Shown here piece by piece: positions 25,742-34,880 of a DNA stretch of 64,000 nt. A program made the position numbers and the translations under genes. Under the pieces are notes generated by a model, which saw only the letters and a list, made by a program, of their open reading frames with translations, ran no database searches and was not told the DNA's origin. The stretch lies in NCBI GenBank assembly GCA_015494295.1, contig WGBO01000011.1:19036-83035 (forward strand), in the 5' to 3' direction. Positions within the stretch are counted from its first letter, which is position 1. Each line of letters starts with the position of its first letter. The stretch comes from Gammaproteobacteria bacterium (GTDB lineage Bacteria > Pseudomonadota > Gammaproteobacteria > DSM-19610).

Positions 25742-27940
25742 ATGACACAACGCGCCGCCCCCTCCGACACCTCACAGCCCGCCCTGCCGGAACCGCTGCA
25801 ACGTCTCATCGACGCCCGGCACCACAACCCCTTCGAGGTGCTGGGACGGCACGAGGCGCAGGGAAGCACGCTGGTGCGCGCGTTCATACCCTGGTGCCGC
25901 GAGGTGCGGCTGGCCGACATCGACGCCCCGCTGCAACGTGTCGAGGGCACGGACCTGTTCGAATGGCGCGGCGACGGTGGCAGCCTGCCGGAACGCTACC
26001 GGCTGGCCTGGACCGACGACGACGGCGTGGAATGGCTGGAGTACGACCCCTACTGTTTCCCGCCGCTGCTCGGCGACCTCGACCTGCACTGGTTCGGCGA
26101 AGGCCGCCACCTGCACGCCTACCGCTTCCTCGGCGCGCACTTTCGCGAGGTGGACGGCGTGAACGGCGTGCAGTTCGCGGTATGGGCGCCGAATGCCGAG
26201 CGCGTCAGCGTGGTGGGTGACTGGAACCGCTGGGACGGGCGCCGGCACCCGATGCGGGTGCGCGGCGGCAGCGGCGTGTGGGAGCTGTTCATTCCCGGCG
26301 TTGCGGCCCACAGCTACTACAAGTTCGAAATCCGCAACCGCGAGCACGGCAGCATCCATGTCAAGGCCGACCCTTACGGCCAGGCTTTTGAGTTGCGGCC
26401 GGGCAACGCCTCCCTGGCCGTGCGCCCCGGGGAGCACCAGTGGCAGGACGACACCTGGATGGAAGCGCGCCGCGAACGCGACTGGCTGCACGCTCCCATG
26501 TCCATCTACGAAGTCCACCTGGGTTCCTGGCAACGCGACGAACAGGGTCAGTTTCTCAACTACCGCGAACTGGCCGAACGCCTGGTCGCCTGGGTCAGCG
26601 AAACCGGTTTCACCCATATCGAGCTGCTGCCGGTCACCGAGCATCCCCTCGACGCATCCTGGGGCTACCAGACCACGGGCTATTTCGCGCCCACCAGCCG
26701 CTTTGGCAACGCCGACGACTTCCGCTGGTTCGTCGAACACTGTCACCTGCACGGTATCGGCGTGCTGCTCGACTGGGCGCCCGGCCATTTCCCGCGCGAC
26801 GACTGGGCGCTGGCGCGCTTCGACGGCAGCCCCCTCTACGAACACGCCGACCCGCGGCGGGGCGAACACCGCGACTGGGGCACGCTGATCTTCAACTACG
26901 GCCGCAACGAGGTGCGCAACTTCCTGCTCTCCAGCGCTATCTTCTGGCTGGAGGAGATGCACATCGACGGCCTGCGCGTCGACGCCGTGGCCTCCATGCT
27001 CTACCTCGACTACTCGCGCGACCCGGGCGACTGGCTACCCAACGAGTATGGCGGTCGCGAGAACCTGGAAGCCATTCACTTCCTGCGCCACCTCAACGAG
27101 ACCACCCACCGGGAACAGCCTGGCAGCGTGATCATCGCCGAGGAATCCACCGCCTGGCCGCAGGTCACGCGGCCGGTGGACGCCGGCGGCCTGGGTTTCA
27201 GCATGAAGTGGAACATGGGCTGGATGCACGACACCCTGCAGTACATGAGCAAGGAACCGGTACACCGCAAGTTCCACCACGACCAGCTCACCTTCGGCCT
27301 GCTGTACGCCTTCAACGAGAACTTCGTGTTGCCCTTCTCACACGACGAGGTGGTGCACGGCAAGGGTTCGATGCTGGACAAAATGCCCGGCGACACCTGG
27401 CAGCGGTTCGCCAACCTGCGCCTGCTGTACACCTACATGTTCACCTACCCCGGCAAGAAACTGCTGTTCATGGGCAACGAGTTCGGCCAGTACGCGGAGT
27501 GGAACGCCGACAAGGCGCTGGACTGGCACCTGCTGGAGGATGGCCGCCACGCCGGTCTCAAACAGCTTGTCGGCGACCTCAACCGCCTGCACCGCTACGA
27601 ACCGGCGCTTCACCGTCACGATTTCGAGTCCGAGGGCTTCCGCTGGATCGAATGCAACGACGCCGCCAACTCGACCCTGAGCTATGCGCGTCGCGGCGCC
27701 GGCCAGACGATAGTGGTACTGCTCAACTTCACGCCGGTGCCACGCCCCGGCTATCGCCTCGGGGTACCCGAACAGGGCAACTACCACCTCGCCCTCAATT
27801 CCGACGCGGGCTTCTACGCCGGCAGCGACATGCCGGTGCGCAGCGACTACCCGAGTGAATCCGTACCCTGGATGAACCAGCCGGCATCCATCGTCGTCGA
27901 CCTTCCGCCGCTGGCGGGACTGGTGCTGGTCCGAACCTGA
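25742..27940 (+). CDS. glgB: 1,4-alpha-glucan branching enzyme (GH13)
   Basis: [49 protein letters not shown]; start ATG 25742 or 25721. Confidence 0.96.
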   Translation: MTQRAAPSDTSQPALPEPLQRLIDARHHNPFEVLGRHEAQGSTLVRAFIPWCREVRLADIDAPLQRVEGTDLFEWRGDGGSLPERYRLAWTDDDGVEWLEYDPYCFPPLLGDLDLHWFGEGRHLHAYRFLGAHFREVDGVNGVQFAVWAPNAERVSVVGDWNRWDGRRHPMRVRGGSGVWELFIPGVAAHSYYKFEIRNREHGSIHVKADPYGQAFELRPGNASLAVRPGEHQWQDDTWMEARRERDWLHAPMSIYEVHLGSWQRDEQGQFLNYRELAERLVAWVSETGFTHIELLPVTEHPLDASWGYQTTGYFAPTSRFGNADDFRWFVEHCHLHGIGVLLDWAPGHFPRDDWALARFDGSPLYEHADPRRGEHRDWGTLIFNYGRNEVRNFLLSSAIFWLEEMHIDGLRVDAVASMLYLDYSRDPGDWLPNEYGGRENLEAIHFLRHLNETTHREQPGSVIIAEESTAWPQVTRPVDAGGLGFSMKWNMGWMHDTLQYMSKEPVHRKFHHDQLTFGLLYAFNENFVLPFSHDEVVHGKGSMLDKMPGDTWQRFANLRLLYTYMFTYPGKKLLFMGNEFGQYAEWNADKALDWHLLEDGRHAGLKQLVGDLNRLHRYEPALHRHDFESEGFRWIECNDAANSTLSYARRGAGQTIVVLLNFTPVPRPGYRLGVPEQGNYHLALNSDAGFYAGSDMPVRSDYPSESVPWMNQPASIVVDLPPLAGLVLVRT

Positions 27941-28037
27941 CCGGACTCCGGCGGCGTCAACAGGCCTTGAATTCCACCCGTCATGGACGTATGTATAAGT
28001 CTGTTGGCGGACAGGGACTCACGAGGGGGTGTTACGA

Positions 28038-28826
28038 GTGGCACAGGTACGCGAACCCGCCGTGGCGGGCATGTTCTACCCTGACGACCCGGTGCTGCTC
28101 CAGCAGCAACTCGAAGGTTTTCTTTCGCGTGAACCGCCGGCGAACTACCGGCCCAAGGCGCTGGTCGTGCCGCACGCGGGCTACATCTATTCCGGACCGG
28201 TCGCCGCCAGCGCCTATGCCATGTTGCCCCCGTACCGGGACAGCATCCGGCGCGTGGTCCTGCTCGGACCGGCGCACCGCGTGCCCTTCGCCGGCATCGC
28301 CGCCAGCAGCGCGCAGTATTTCGCCACCCCGCTGGGCATGATGCGCGTCGACCAGGACGCCATGGATCGTATCCTCACCCGGCCCGGCGTGCGGGTGCTG
28401 GACGAGGCGCACCGCGACGAACACAGCCTGGAAGTACAACTCCCCTTCCTGCAGACCGTGTTGAACGAGGACGTCGGACTGGTGCCGCTGGTGGTCGGGG
28501 ACGCTCACCCGCAGGATGTCGCCGACATACTGGAAATCCTGTGGGATGGGGAGGAAACCCTGATCGTCATCAGTTCCGACCTCAGCCACTATCACGACTA
28601 CCGGACCGCGCAACACCTCGACCAGGCGACCTCGATGGCCATCGAACAACTGAACCCCGAAGCCATCGACTACCCGCAGGCGTGCGGGCGCACGCCGCTC
28701 AACGGCCTGTTGTACGCGGCACGGCGCCATCATCTGCGCGCCCGCACACTGGACCTGCGCAATTCCGGCGACACCGCCGGCAGCCGTGACCGCGTGGTCG
28801 GCTACGGGGCCTACGCCTTTGCCTGA
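28038..28826 (+). CDS. amrB: AmmeMemoRadiSam system protein B (MEMO1 family)
   Basis: REPAVAGMFYP, PHAGYIYSG, LGPAH, EHSLEVQLPFLQ, SSDLSHY, ACGRTP, VVGYGAY. Confidence 0.93.
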   Translation: MAQVREPAVAGMFYPDDPVLLQQQLEGFLSREPPANYRPKALVVPHAGYIYSGPVAASAYAMLPPYRDSIRRVVLLGPAHRVPFAGIAASSAQYFATPLGMMRVDQDAMDRILTRPGVRVLDEAHRDEHSLEVQLPFLQTVLNEDVGLVPLVVGDAHPQDVADILEILWDGEETLIVISSDLSHYHDYRTAQHLDQATSMAIEQLNPEAIDYPQACGRTPLNGLLYAARRHHLRARTLDLRNSGDTAGSRDRVVGYGAYAFA

Positions 28827-28838
28827 GGACACACCGCC

Positions 28839-29402
28839 ATGTTGTCGAAACAACAGCGCAAACAATTGCTCGACGTGGCCTGGCAATCGCTGCGCCACGG
28901 GCTGGCGCGCGGGCGGCCCACGACCCTGGACCCCGCCGCTTTCGATGACAGGCTTTCCTCACCCGGCGCCAGCTTCGTCACCCTGCGCCGCCATGGCCAA
29001 CTGCGGGGTTGCATCGGCAGCCTGGAGGCGCACCGCCCGCTGGTGGTCGACGTGGCGGAAAATGCGTTTGCCGCCGCCTTCCGGGACCCCCGTTTTCCAC
29101 CCCTGACCGAGGCGGAACTGGAGGGACTGACACTGGAAATCTCGGTGCTGGGACACCCGGAGGCCATGCACTTCACATCCGAGCAGGATCTGCTGCGCCA
29201 GTTGCGCCCGGGAATCGACGGCCTGATTCTCGAGGACCGCGGCCGCCGCGGCACCTTCCTGCCATCGGTGTGGGAGTCGCTGCCGCGGCCCGGTGACTTC
29301 CTGCGTCACCTGAAGCTCAAGGCCGGGCTGCCCGAAAACCACTGGTCGGACAGCCTGCGGGTATGGCGTTACAGCACCGAAAGCTTCGGTGACGAGGACT
29401 GA
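28839..29402 (+). CDS. amrA: AmmeMemoRadiSam system protein A (AMMECR1 family)
   Basis: ASFVTL...LRGCIGS, AAFRDPRFPPL, EISVLG, GTFLPSVW, LKLKAG. Confidence 0.93.
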   Translation: MLSKQQRKQLLDVAWQSLRHGLARGRPTTLDPAAFDDRLSSPGASFVTLRRHGQLRGCIGSLEAHRPLVVDVAENAFAAAFRDPRFPPLTEAELEGLTLEISVLGHPEAMHFTSEQDLLRQLRPGIDGLILEDRGRRGTFLPSVWESLPRPGDFLRHLKLKAGLPENHWSDSLRVWRYSTESFGDED

Positions 29403-29409
29403 AGTCCTT

Positions 29410-30330
29410 CTATTCCTTCACGTACAGGCATTCGCCAGTGGAACCCGGCAGGCAGATCTTTTCGTTCACCCAGATGGCGTTGTCGAGTATCGCGCCACGC
29501 AGGTCCACGCCACGGATATCGGCGCCGCTGAGATTGGCATAGGAAAGATTGCTCTCGAACAGGCGCGCGCCACGCAGCTGGGCGCCGCGCAGGGTAGCGC
29601 CGACCAGGTTGGTGTGGGAAAGATCGCTGCGACTCAGGTCGGCCAGATCCAGGTTGGCGTATTCGAGCGCCGCGCCCCGCAGTTGCGCCCCGGACAAGCG
29701 CGCGAATTCCAGGCGTGCATTGCCAAGGCGGGCACCAATCAGACGGCTGTTCTCCAGCTTCACGCCGGACAGGTTGCAATGCCGCCAGTCGACACCGGGG
29801 CGCGGCGCGGCACTGCAATCCGGCGGCACCGATTCAGGTTCCACCTGTTCCAGCAGGAAGCTGAGCGCAAACCCCAGCACCACCGCCGCGGCAAAGGCCA
29901 GCGGGTAGCGGTACAGCCTGCCGTTGCGCGGCACCGCGTGCGCGACCTGGTGTTTCAGCGCACGGTGGCGCAGGAAATCACCGGGTTCGGCGCGCCGACG
30001 CTCGCGGCCGCTGCGCCGTTCCTTGACGGCGGCCGGCACATCGGGATTACGGTCACGGCGATCACCCGGCGCGCGCTCGTCCTCGCGCATGCGCGCCATC
30101 AGCAGCCGCTGCCGGTTTTCCTCGGTGGGCGGCAGTTTCATGACTTCGGGTATCAGGTCCGGGTAATCCCCGAACGGCGCCCAGCGTCCCCCGTCGGGAC
30201 GCAGTTCGTCCGCGCCGCGGATACGCCCAAGCAGAATGTAGCGGCTGATCTGCCGTTCCGGGTAGGGTCCGCGCACCACGCCCTCGCGGCGTGTATACCA
30301 GAGAACCCGCCTGTTTTTGTTTGCAACCAT
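29410..30330 (-). CDS. Membrane-anchored pentapeptide-repeat protein with N-terminal GYF_2-like domain
   Basis: WYTRREGVVRGPY N-domain, Arg-rich linker, TM helix, about 21 A-x-L-x-x repeats flanked by Cys. Confidence 0.85.
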   Translation of the reverse strand: MVANKNRRVLWYTRREGVVRGPYPERQISRYILLGRIRGADELRPDGGRWAPFGDYPDLIPEVMKLPPTEENRQRLLMARMREDERAPGDRRDRNPDVPAAVKERRSGRERRRAEPGDFLRHRALKHQVAHAVPRNGRLYRYPLAFAAAVVLGFALSFLLEQVEPESVPPDCSAAPRPGVDWRHCNLSGVKLENSRLIGARLGNARLEFARLSGAQLRGAALEYANLDLADLSRSDLSHTNLVGATLRGAQLRGARLFESNLSYANLSGADIRGVDLRGAILDNAIWVNEKICLPGSTGECLYVKE

Positions 30331-30380
30331 CCTGTTTCCCGAACACCTCAGGCGACGCATTCACATCGCGCGCTGAATCA

Positions 30381-30396
30381 TGCAGTATAGGTGCCA
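30381..30396 (-). promoter_or_regulatory. sigma54-type promoter for the pentapeptide gene
   Basis: Minus strand TGGCAC-CTATA-CTGCA; GG-N10-GC conserved. Confidence 0.6.
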
Positions 30397-30420
30397 GTTT
30401 TACGCCACAGGCCTCTCCAC

Positions 30421-31953
30421 ATGGAAACTCCCGGCCCGACATCCGGCCGTCCAGCTCTCCCGGCCACCTCCTCCGCCGCCACAGCGCGCTGGCAGGTCGG
30501 GCAGTTGTTGCAGGCAACCGTGACCGCCAGCGAGGCCGGCAGGGTACTGCTCTCCATCGGTAATCGGCAGGTCAGCAGCGAGACTTCACTGCCGTTGGAA
30601 AAGGGACAACAACTGACCCTGCTGGTACGCAGCCTGGGACCCGTTCCGGAACTGCGCATTACCTCACTGCCCGGCTCCGCCTCCGGCAACGAACTCATCC
30701 GTACCCTGCTGCCGCGCCAGGACAGCCTGGCGCCCCTGCTGGCCAGCCTGGCGCAACTGGCCCGCACCCCGGCGGCTCCGGTTCCGCCGCTGGTGCGGGA
30801 ACTGGTGCGCATGCTGATCCAGGGCCTGCCCGATACCCGCGCCGTCAGTCAGCCGCAGGGCCTGCGCCAGGCCATACAGCAATCCGGGCTGTTCCTGGAA
30901 CGTCACCTGCTGGACCAGGCGGGCGGCAAACCGCAACCGGGGACAGCCCCCACACCGGTCGAAGCGGACTTCAAGGCCCGCCTGCTGCAACTGATACAGC
31001 GTTTGCGCAACTGGCCGGGGCAGCCCGACACCGGACCGGAAAACCGCGGCACGCGCCCCCCGCCGCGCGCGCCCGCGCCACCGGCCGGCGCGACGCCGAC
31101 ACCAGCACCGGCAACGACGGCAACGGCAACCCGGTCCGGCGCACCGGAAAGGGCGGCCAACGCGGCGCCTCCCGACGCCACACCCGTCCGTAACGCCGCT
31201 CCCGGCCGCGAACCGGCCCGGGCGGCCGGAAACGAGATTCTGCAACGGGCCACGCGCGCCCTGGCAGCCCCGCCGCCGGGTGGCGGTGGCAATACCCCCG
31301 GACCGGCAACGTCCGCGCCACCGGGTGCCACGGCTGTGCAAACGAGCGGTTCCACGGGTGTGGCCTCCGGTGCGTCGGCCACCGCAAGACCGGCGGCGAC
31401 CGCGGCGCCCCCGCTGCCTGGCGCCACGCCAACCCCGCAGGCCGCCGCCGAAGCCACCCTGGACGTGCTCAACCGGCTGGGCAGGCTGCACCCGGACCTG
31501 CTACGGCAAGCCGAGGCGGCGCTGGCGCGTATCCAGTTGCACCAGCTCGCCAGCCAGCCCCGGGACGGCGACCGCGGCCTGCTGGAATGGCTGTTCGAAC
31601 TGCCGGTACGCCGTGGCGACGAACTCGACCTGTGGTCGCTCCGCATCGCGCGTGAAGCGCCGGGGAAACGCGACACCGCACAACGCCAGGCGCCTCGATG
31701 GAGTGTGCAACTGGCCTTCGACCTGCCCGGACTGGGACCGGTGCAGGCGCAGGTCACCCTGCAGGGCGAACGGGTGTCGACCCGCTTCTGGCCCGGCAAC
31801 GCGTCCGTGCTGCCGCTGTTCCGGGAACACCTCCAGGAACTGCAGGGCATGCTGAGCGCCGCGGGACTGGACGTCGGCGAACTGGACTGCCGGCCCGGGC
31901 CGATGCCGGCCGGCGCGAGACCACACCAGGCGCTGATCAGGGACAAGGCATGA
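30421..31953 (+). CDS. Second FliK-like hook-length control domain protein
   Basis: Pro/Ala/Thr-rich centre; C-terminal WSVQLAFDLPGLGPVQAQVTL...L...L...GL Flg_hook-like domain. Confidence 0.75.
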   Translation: METPGPTSGRPALPATSSAATARWQVGQLLQATVTASEAGRVLLSIGNRQVSSETSLPLEKGQQLTLLVRSLGPVPELRITSLPGSASGNELIRTLLPRQDSLAPLLASLAQLARTPAAPVPPLVRELVRMLIQGLPDTRAVSQPQGLRQAIQQSGLFLERHLLDQAGGKPQPGTAPTPVEADFKARLLQLIQRLRNWPGQPDTGPENRGTRPPPRAPAPPAGATPTPAPATTATATRSGAPERAANAAPPDATPVRNAAPGREPARAAGNEILQRATRALAAPPPGGGGNTPGPATSAPPGATAVQTSGSTGVASGASATARPAATAAPPLPGATPTPQAAAEATLDVLNRLGRLHPDLLRQAEAALARIQLHQLASQPRDGDRGLLEWLFELPVRRGDELDLWSLRIAREAPGKRDTAQRQAPRWSVQLAFDLPGLGPVQAQVTLQGERVSTRFWPGNASVLPLFREHLQELQGMLSAAGLDVGELDCRPGPMPAGARPHQALIRDKA

Positions 31954-32237
31954 ACAAGGACCACACGTCACCGTTGCCGCTGGCCGTGGCCCTGCAATAC
32001 GACGGGGAAAGCGCGCCGCGCGTCACCGCCAAGGGGCGCGACGCGGTAGCGGAGAGAATCGTTCAACTCGCCCGCCAGCACGGCATCCCTATACAGGAGA
32101 ACCAGCCGCTGGCATCGCTGCTGGCCCACGTCGAGACTGGCGAGGAAATTCCCGAAGCACTGTACCTGGCGGTTGCCCAGGTCATTGCGTTTGCCTACTA
32201 CCTGTCAGGAAAGGCCCCGGAGGGCGCGGAAGAATAA
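31950..32237 (+). CDS. FlhB C-terminal-like (EscU/YscU/HrcU) small protein
   Basis: LAVALQYDGESAPRVTAKG...EIPEALYLAVAQVIAF; ATGA overlap with upstream gene. Confidence 0.9.
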   Translation: MNKDHTSPLPLAVALQYDGESAPRVTAKGRDAVAERIVQLARQHGIPIQENQPLASLLAHVETGEEIPEALYLAVAQVIAFAYYLSGKAPEGAEE

Positions 32238-32252
32238 AGCAGAATAAAGCGC

Positions 32253-32648
32253 TCAGGCCGCCCCGCGCTGCATCATGATAAGCAGCTCGGCCTCGCCGCG
32301 GGTCAACCCGCAACTCTCGACCAGTTCTTCGACGCCGGCCCCGCGAGTAACGAGTTGAGTGGCCTGACTGTAGGGCCGGTCGCCTGCCGAACGCATCTCC
32401 AGTCCGTTCTGGCGCTCGATGAGGCGCTGCATCTGCTGTTCCATGCGCAACAGGTGTTCACCGGCGCCGACCGAAGCATTGCACAGGGCGGACAGTTCCT
32501 GTTCCAGCCGCTGGATTCGTTCCACGGCCTGGTCGTGACGCTCCTGCAGACGTTCGTGGCGACGCCGTGCGCGACGTGAGGCCAGCAACTGCCAGCACAG
32601 CATCACCAACAGGGTGGCGGACAGAACGGAACTCAGTGCGACAGACAT
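32253..32648 (-). CDS. DUF2802-domain protein
   Basis: TM helix, coiled coil, PYSQATQLVTRGAGVEELVESCGLTRGEAELL; RBS GAGGTG. Confidence 0.85.
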   Translation of the reverse strand: MSVALSSVLSATLLVMLCWQLLASRRARRRHERLQERHDQAVERIQRLEQELSALCNASVGAGEHLLRMEQQMQRLIERQNGLEMRSAGDRPYSQATQLVTRGAGVEELVESCGLTRGEAELLIMMQRGAA

Positions 32649-32657
32649 GGCGTCACC

Positions 32658-32834
32658 TCAGGCATATTCGTCGATGTGGGGCTTGTCGTCGCGGCCGGGG
32701 GGACGCTTCTTCGGCTGCGGATCGCGATCACTGCCGGGCTTGCGCCGCGGTGCCCGGTTGCCCTGGCCGGGGCGTGCGCCCGGCTGCCCCGGAAGAATCC
32801 GGTAGGCCGGCGGCAGGCTCCCGATATCGCCCAT
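32658..32834 (-). CDS. Unlisted 58-aa Pro/Arg-rich protein ending HIDEYA
   Basis: Manual translation MGDIGSLPPAYRILPGQPGARPGQGNRAPRRKPGSDRDPQPKKRPPGRDDKPHIDEYA*; fills the cheW-DUF2802 gap; stop abuts the next RBS. Confidence 0.7.
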   Translation of the reverse strand: MGDIGSLPPAYRILPGQPGARPGQGNRAPRRKPGSDRDPQPKKRPPGRDDKPHIDEYA

Positions 32835-32870
32835 GACCGCATGTCCGTGAAGCGCACCGGCACCGCCCCG

Positions 32871-33353
32871 TCAGAGGCTGGCCAGCTCGTCCCACTCCTC
32901 GTCCGTGAGCAGCTTGTTGAGATCGACCAGAATCAGCAGTTCGTTGTCGCGGCTGGCCACGCCCTGGATGTAGTTTGCGCTTTCGTCACTGCCGACATTG
33001 GGCGCCGACTCGACTTCGGACGCCGCGACGTCGACGACTTCGGCGACGCAGTCGACCAGCATGCCGACCACGTGGCGCTGGGTTTCGATGATCACCACGC
33101 GGGTGGAATCGGTCACCTCCGCCGTCGGCAGCCCCAGGCGGATGCGGGTGTCGATCACCGTCACCACATTGCCGCGCAGGTTGATGATACCGAGGACATA
33201 GTGCGGGGCACCGGGAACCGGGGCGATCTCCGTCACGCGCAGAACCTCCTGCACCTGCATGACGTTGATGCCGTATACCTCATCCGCCAGGCGGAAGGTA
33301 ACCCATTGAATGACTTCGTCGTTTGAATTTGCCTTGGCAACCACGTTGGACAT
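32871..33353 (-). CDS. cheW: Chemotaxis adaptor CheW
   Basis: QWVTFRL...YGINVMQVQEVLR...PVPGAPHYVLGIINLRGNVVTVID. Confidence 0.95.
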   Translation of the reverse strand: MSNVVAKANSNDEVIQWVTFRLADEVYGINVMQVQEVLRVTEIAPVPGAPHYVLGIINLRGNVVTVIDTRIRLGLPTAEVTDSTRVVIIETQRHVVGMLVDCVAEVVDVAASEVESAPNVGSDESANYIQGVASRDNELLILVDLNKLLTDEEWDELASL

Positions 33354-33441
33354 GTCCGAACCTCGTTCCTGTTTGCTCGTAACCGCGACGGCACGTCAAA
33401 AAACAGACGCCATCACCCTTACCCTGCATAAAAAGCAGGAT

Positions 33442-34083
33442 TCATGCCATACCATCGGCCAACTGGCACACAAGTTCATCGATATCGAGCAATGCGCACA
33501 TATGCTCGATGACGGTGCCCGCCAGCCAGCGGCGCTTGCCTGCGGCGCCGCGCCACTTGACCTGGTCGGCTTCCAGCTCGATCACGTCGCCGATCCGGGA
33601 GCAGGCCAGCGCCCAGCGTCCCTCGTCGATCATCACCAGGTGGGCGGAACGCTCGCGCGCATCGTCGCCGAGGGCCGCGGCGCGGTCCTGCGGCAACACG
33701 AAGCGCGCGGTATCCACCACCCGGGACTGCACGCCTTGGTAGAGCGTAATTCCCAGTTCCAGCGACGGACGGCCCGGCACGTCGACCAGCTCGTCGACGC
33801 GCGGGACCACGCCCTTGAGCCGCGCCAGCGGCACCGCCAGGGTCAGTCCCGCCACTTCGAACAACAGTGCCTGGAAACGGGTCCGCGCCCATTCCGGCGG
33901 CGAATCCGCGGGCGGCGGCGCCGGTTCCGGCGTTGTTTGCGGCGCCTGCGCCGGCGTTGGCTCAGGCTCCGCGATGAACGATTCGGCCGGCGCGACGCAT
34001 TCGTCCGCAAGCAAGGCATCCAGGTAAGCGCCCAGCGCGAGCTGCTGTTCCAGCAAGGGGTCTGTGTCGGTACGCGTTTTCAT
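33442..34083 (-). CDS. CheW-domain protein (ParP-like)
   Basis: LGAYLDALL N-motif, Pro-rich linker, PEWARTRFQALLFEVAGL, WRGAAGKRRWLAG..IEHMCALLD. Confidence 0.75.
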   Translation of the reverse strand: MKTRTDTDPLLEQQLALGAYLDALLADECVAPAESFIAEPEPTPAQAPQTTPEPAPPPADSPPEWARTRFQALLFEVAGLTLAVPLARLKGVVPRVDELVDVPGRPSLELGITLYQGVQSRVVDTARFVLPQDRAAALGDDARERSAHLVMIDEGRWALACSRIGDVIELEADQVKWRGAAGKRRWLAGTVIEHMCALLDIDELVCQLADGMA

Positions 34084-34880
34084 CTTGCAACCACCTCCGG
34101 GAGCGCCGGCGACGACGCCAGCAACCAGCGCACCAGCGAAGCGTATGCCTCGGTGCCGCGCGCCGACGGGTTATACACGCTGATCGGAACGCCGGCGCGA
34201 CTGGCCTCCCGGAACTGGGTGTCGACGGGAATGACACGCGACCACAACCGCTCACCGTGCTGGTCGCGCATGGCGCGCAGCGCATCGGTGGAAGCGCGGG
34301 TGCGGCGGTCGAAGAACGTCGGGATAATGGTGTAGTCCAGCGTGCGGCCACGCGAACGTCCGATCATTTGCAAGGTATGCAGCATGCGTTCAAGCCCCTT
34401 CAGGGCAAGAAACTCGGTCTGTACGGGAATCAGCAACTGCTGGCAGGCGGCGAGCGCGTTCACCATGAGGATGCCCAGCATCGGCGGGCAATCCATCAGC
34501 ACATAGTCATAACGATCGGACAGCCGGTTCAGCGCCTCGGCGATCACCAGTCCCATGCCACCGCGCGCGCCAAGCTGCCGGTCGAGGGTTGCCATGGCGG
34601 TGGAAGCCGGCATCAGGCTCAGACCGTCCACGCCGGTGGGCTGCAGCAGCGGGTCGAGCGCGGCCAGCGACTGGCCGGCGGCCCTGGCGCTGAACAGCTT
34701 GTACACGCTGTACTCGATGCCGTCCGGGTCGAGACGGAAATACGATGTCATCGACCCCTGGGGGTCGAGGTCCAGCAACAGCACCCGCTGGCCCTGCTGC
34801 GCGAGAATCGCGCCGACGCTGACCACCGTGGTGGTCTTGCCGACACCACCCTTCTGGTTGGAAACGGTCCAGACCTTCAT
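34080..34880 (-). CDS. ParA-family ATPase (ParC-like)
   Basis: NQKGGVGKTTT deviant Walker A, DLDPQGS, DCPP. Confidence 0.92.
   Translation of the reverse strand: MKVWTVSNQKGGVGKTTTVVSVGAILAQQGQRVLLLDLDPQGSMTSYFRLDPDGIEYSVYKLFSARAAGQSLAALDPLLQPTGVDGLSLMPASTAMATLDRQLGARGGMGLVIAEALNRLSDRYDYVLMDCPPMLGILMVNALAACQQLLIPVQTEFLALKGLERMLHTLQMIGRSRGRTLDYTIIPTFFDRRTRASTDALRAMRDQHGERLWSRVIPVDTQFREASRAGVPISVYNPSARGTEAYASLVRWLLASSPALPEVVAR

Noticed and set aside
29410-30330. Pentapeptide protein as Qnr/MfpA quinolone-resistance factor
   Set aside because: Repeats follow a TM helix and are capped by Cys pairs, suggesting periplasmic location away from gyrase
30422-30436. Third copy of the putative FleQ motif (TGGAA-ACTCC-CGGCC)
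   Set aside because: GTCAA half-site is lost, it lies in coding sequence and only about 25 bp from the -24 element
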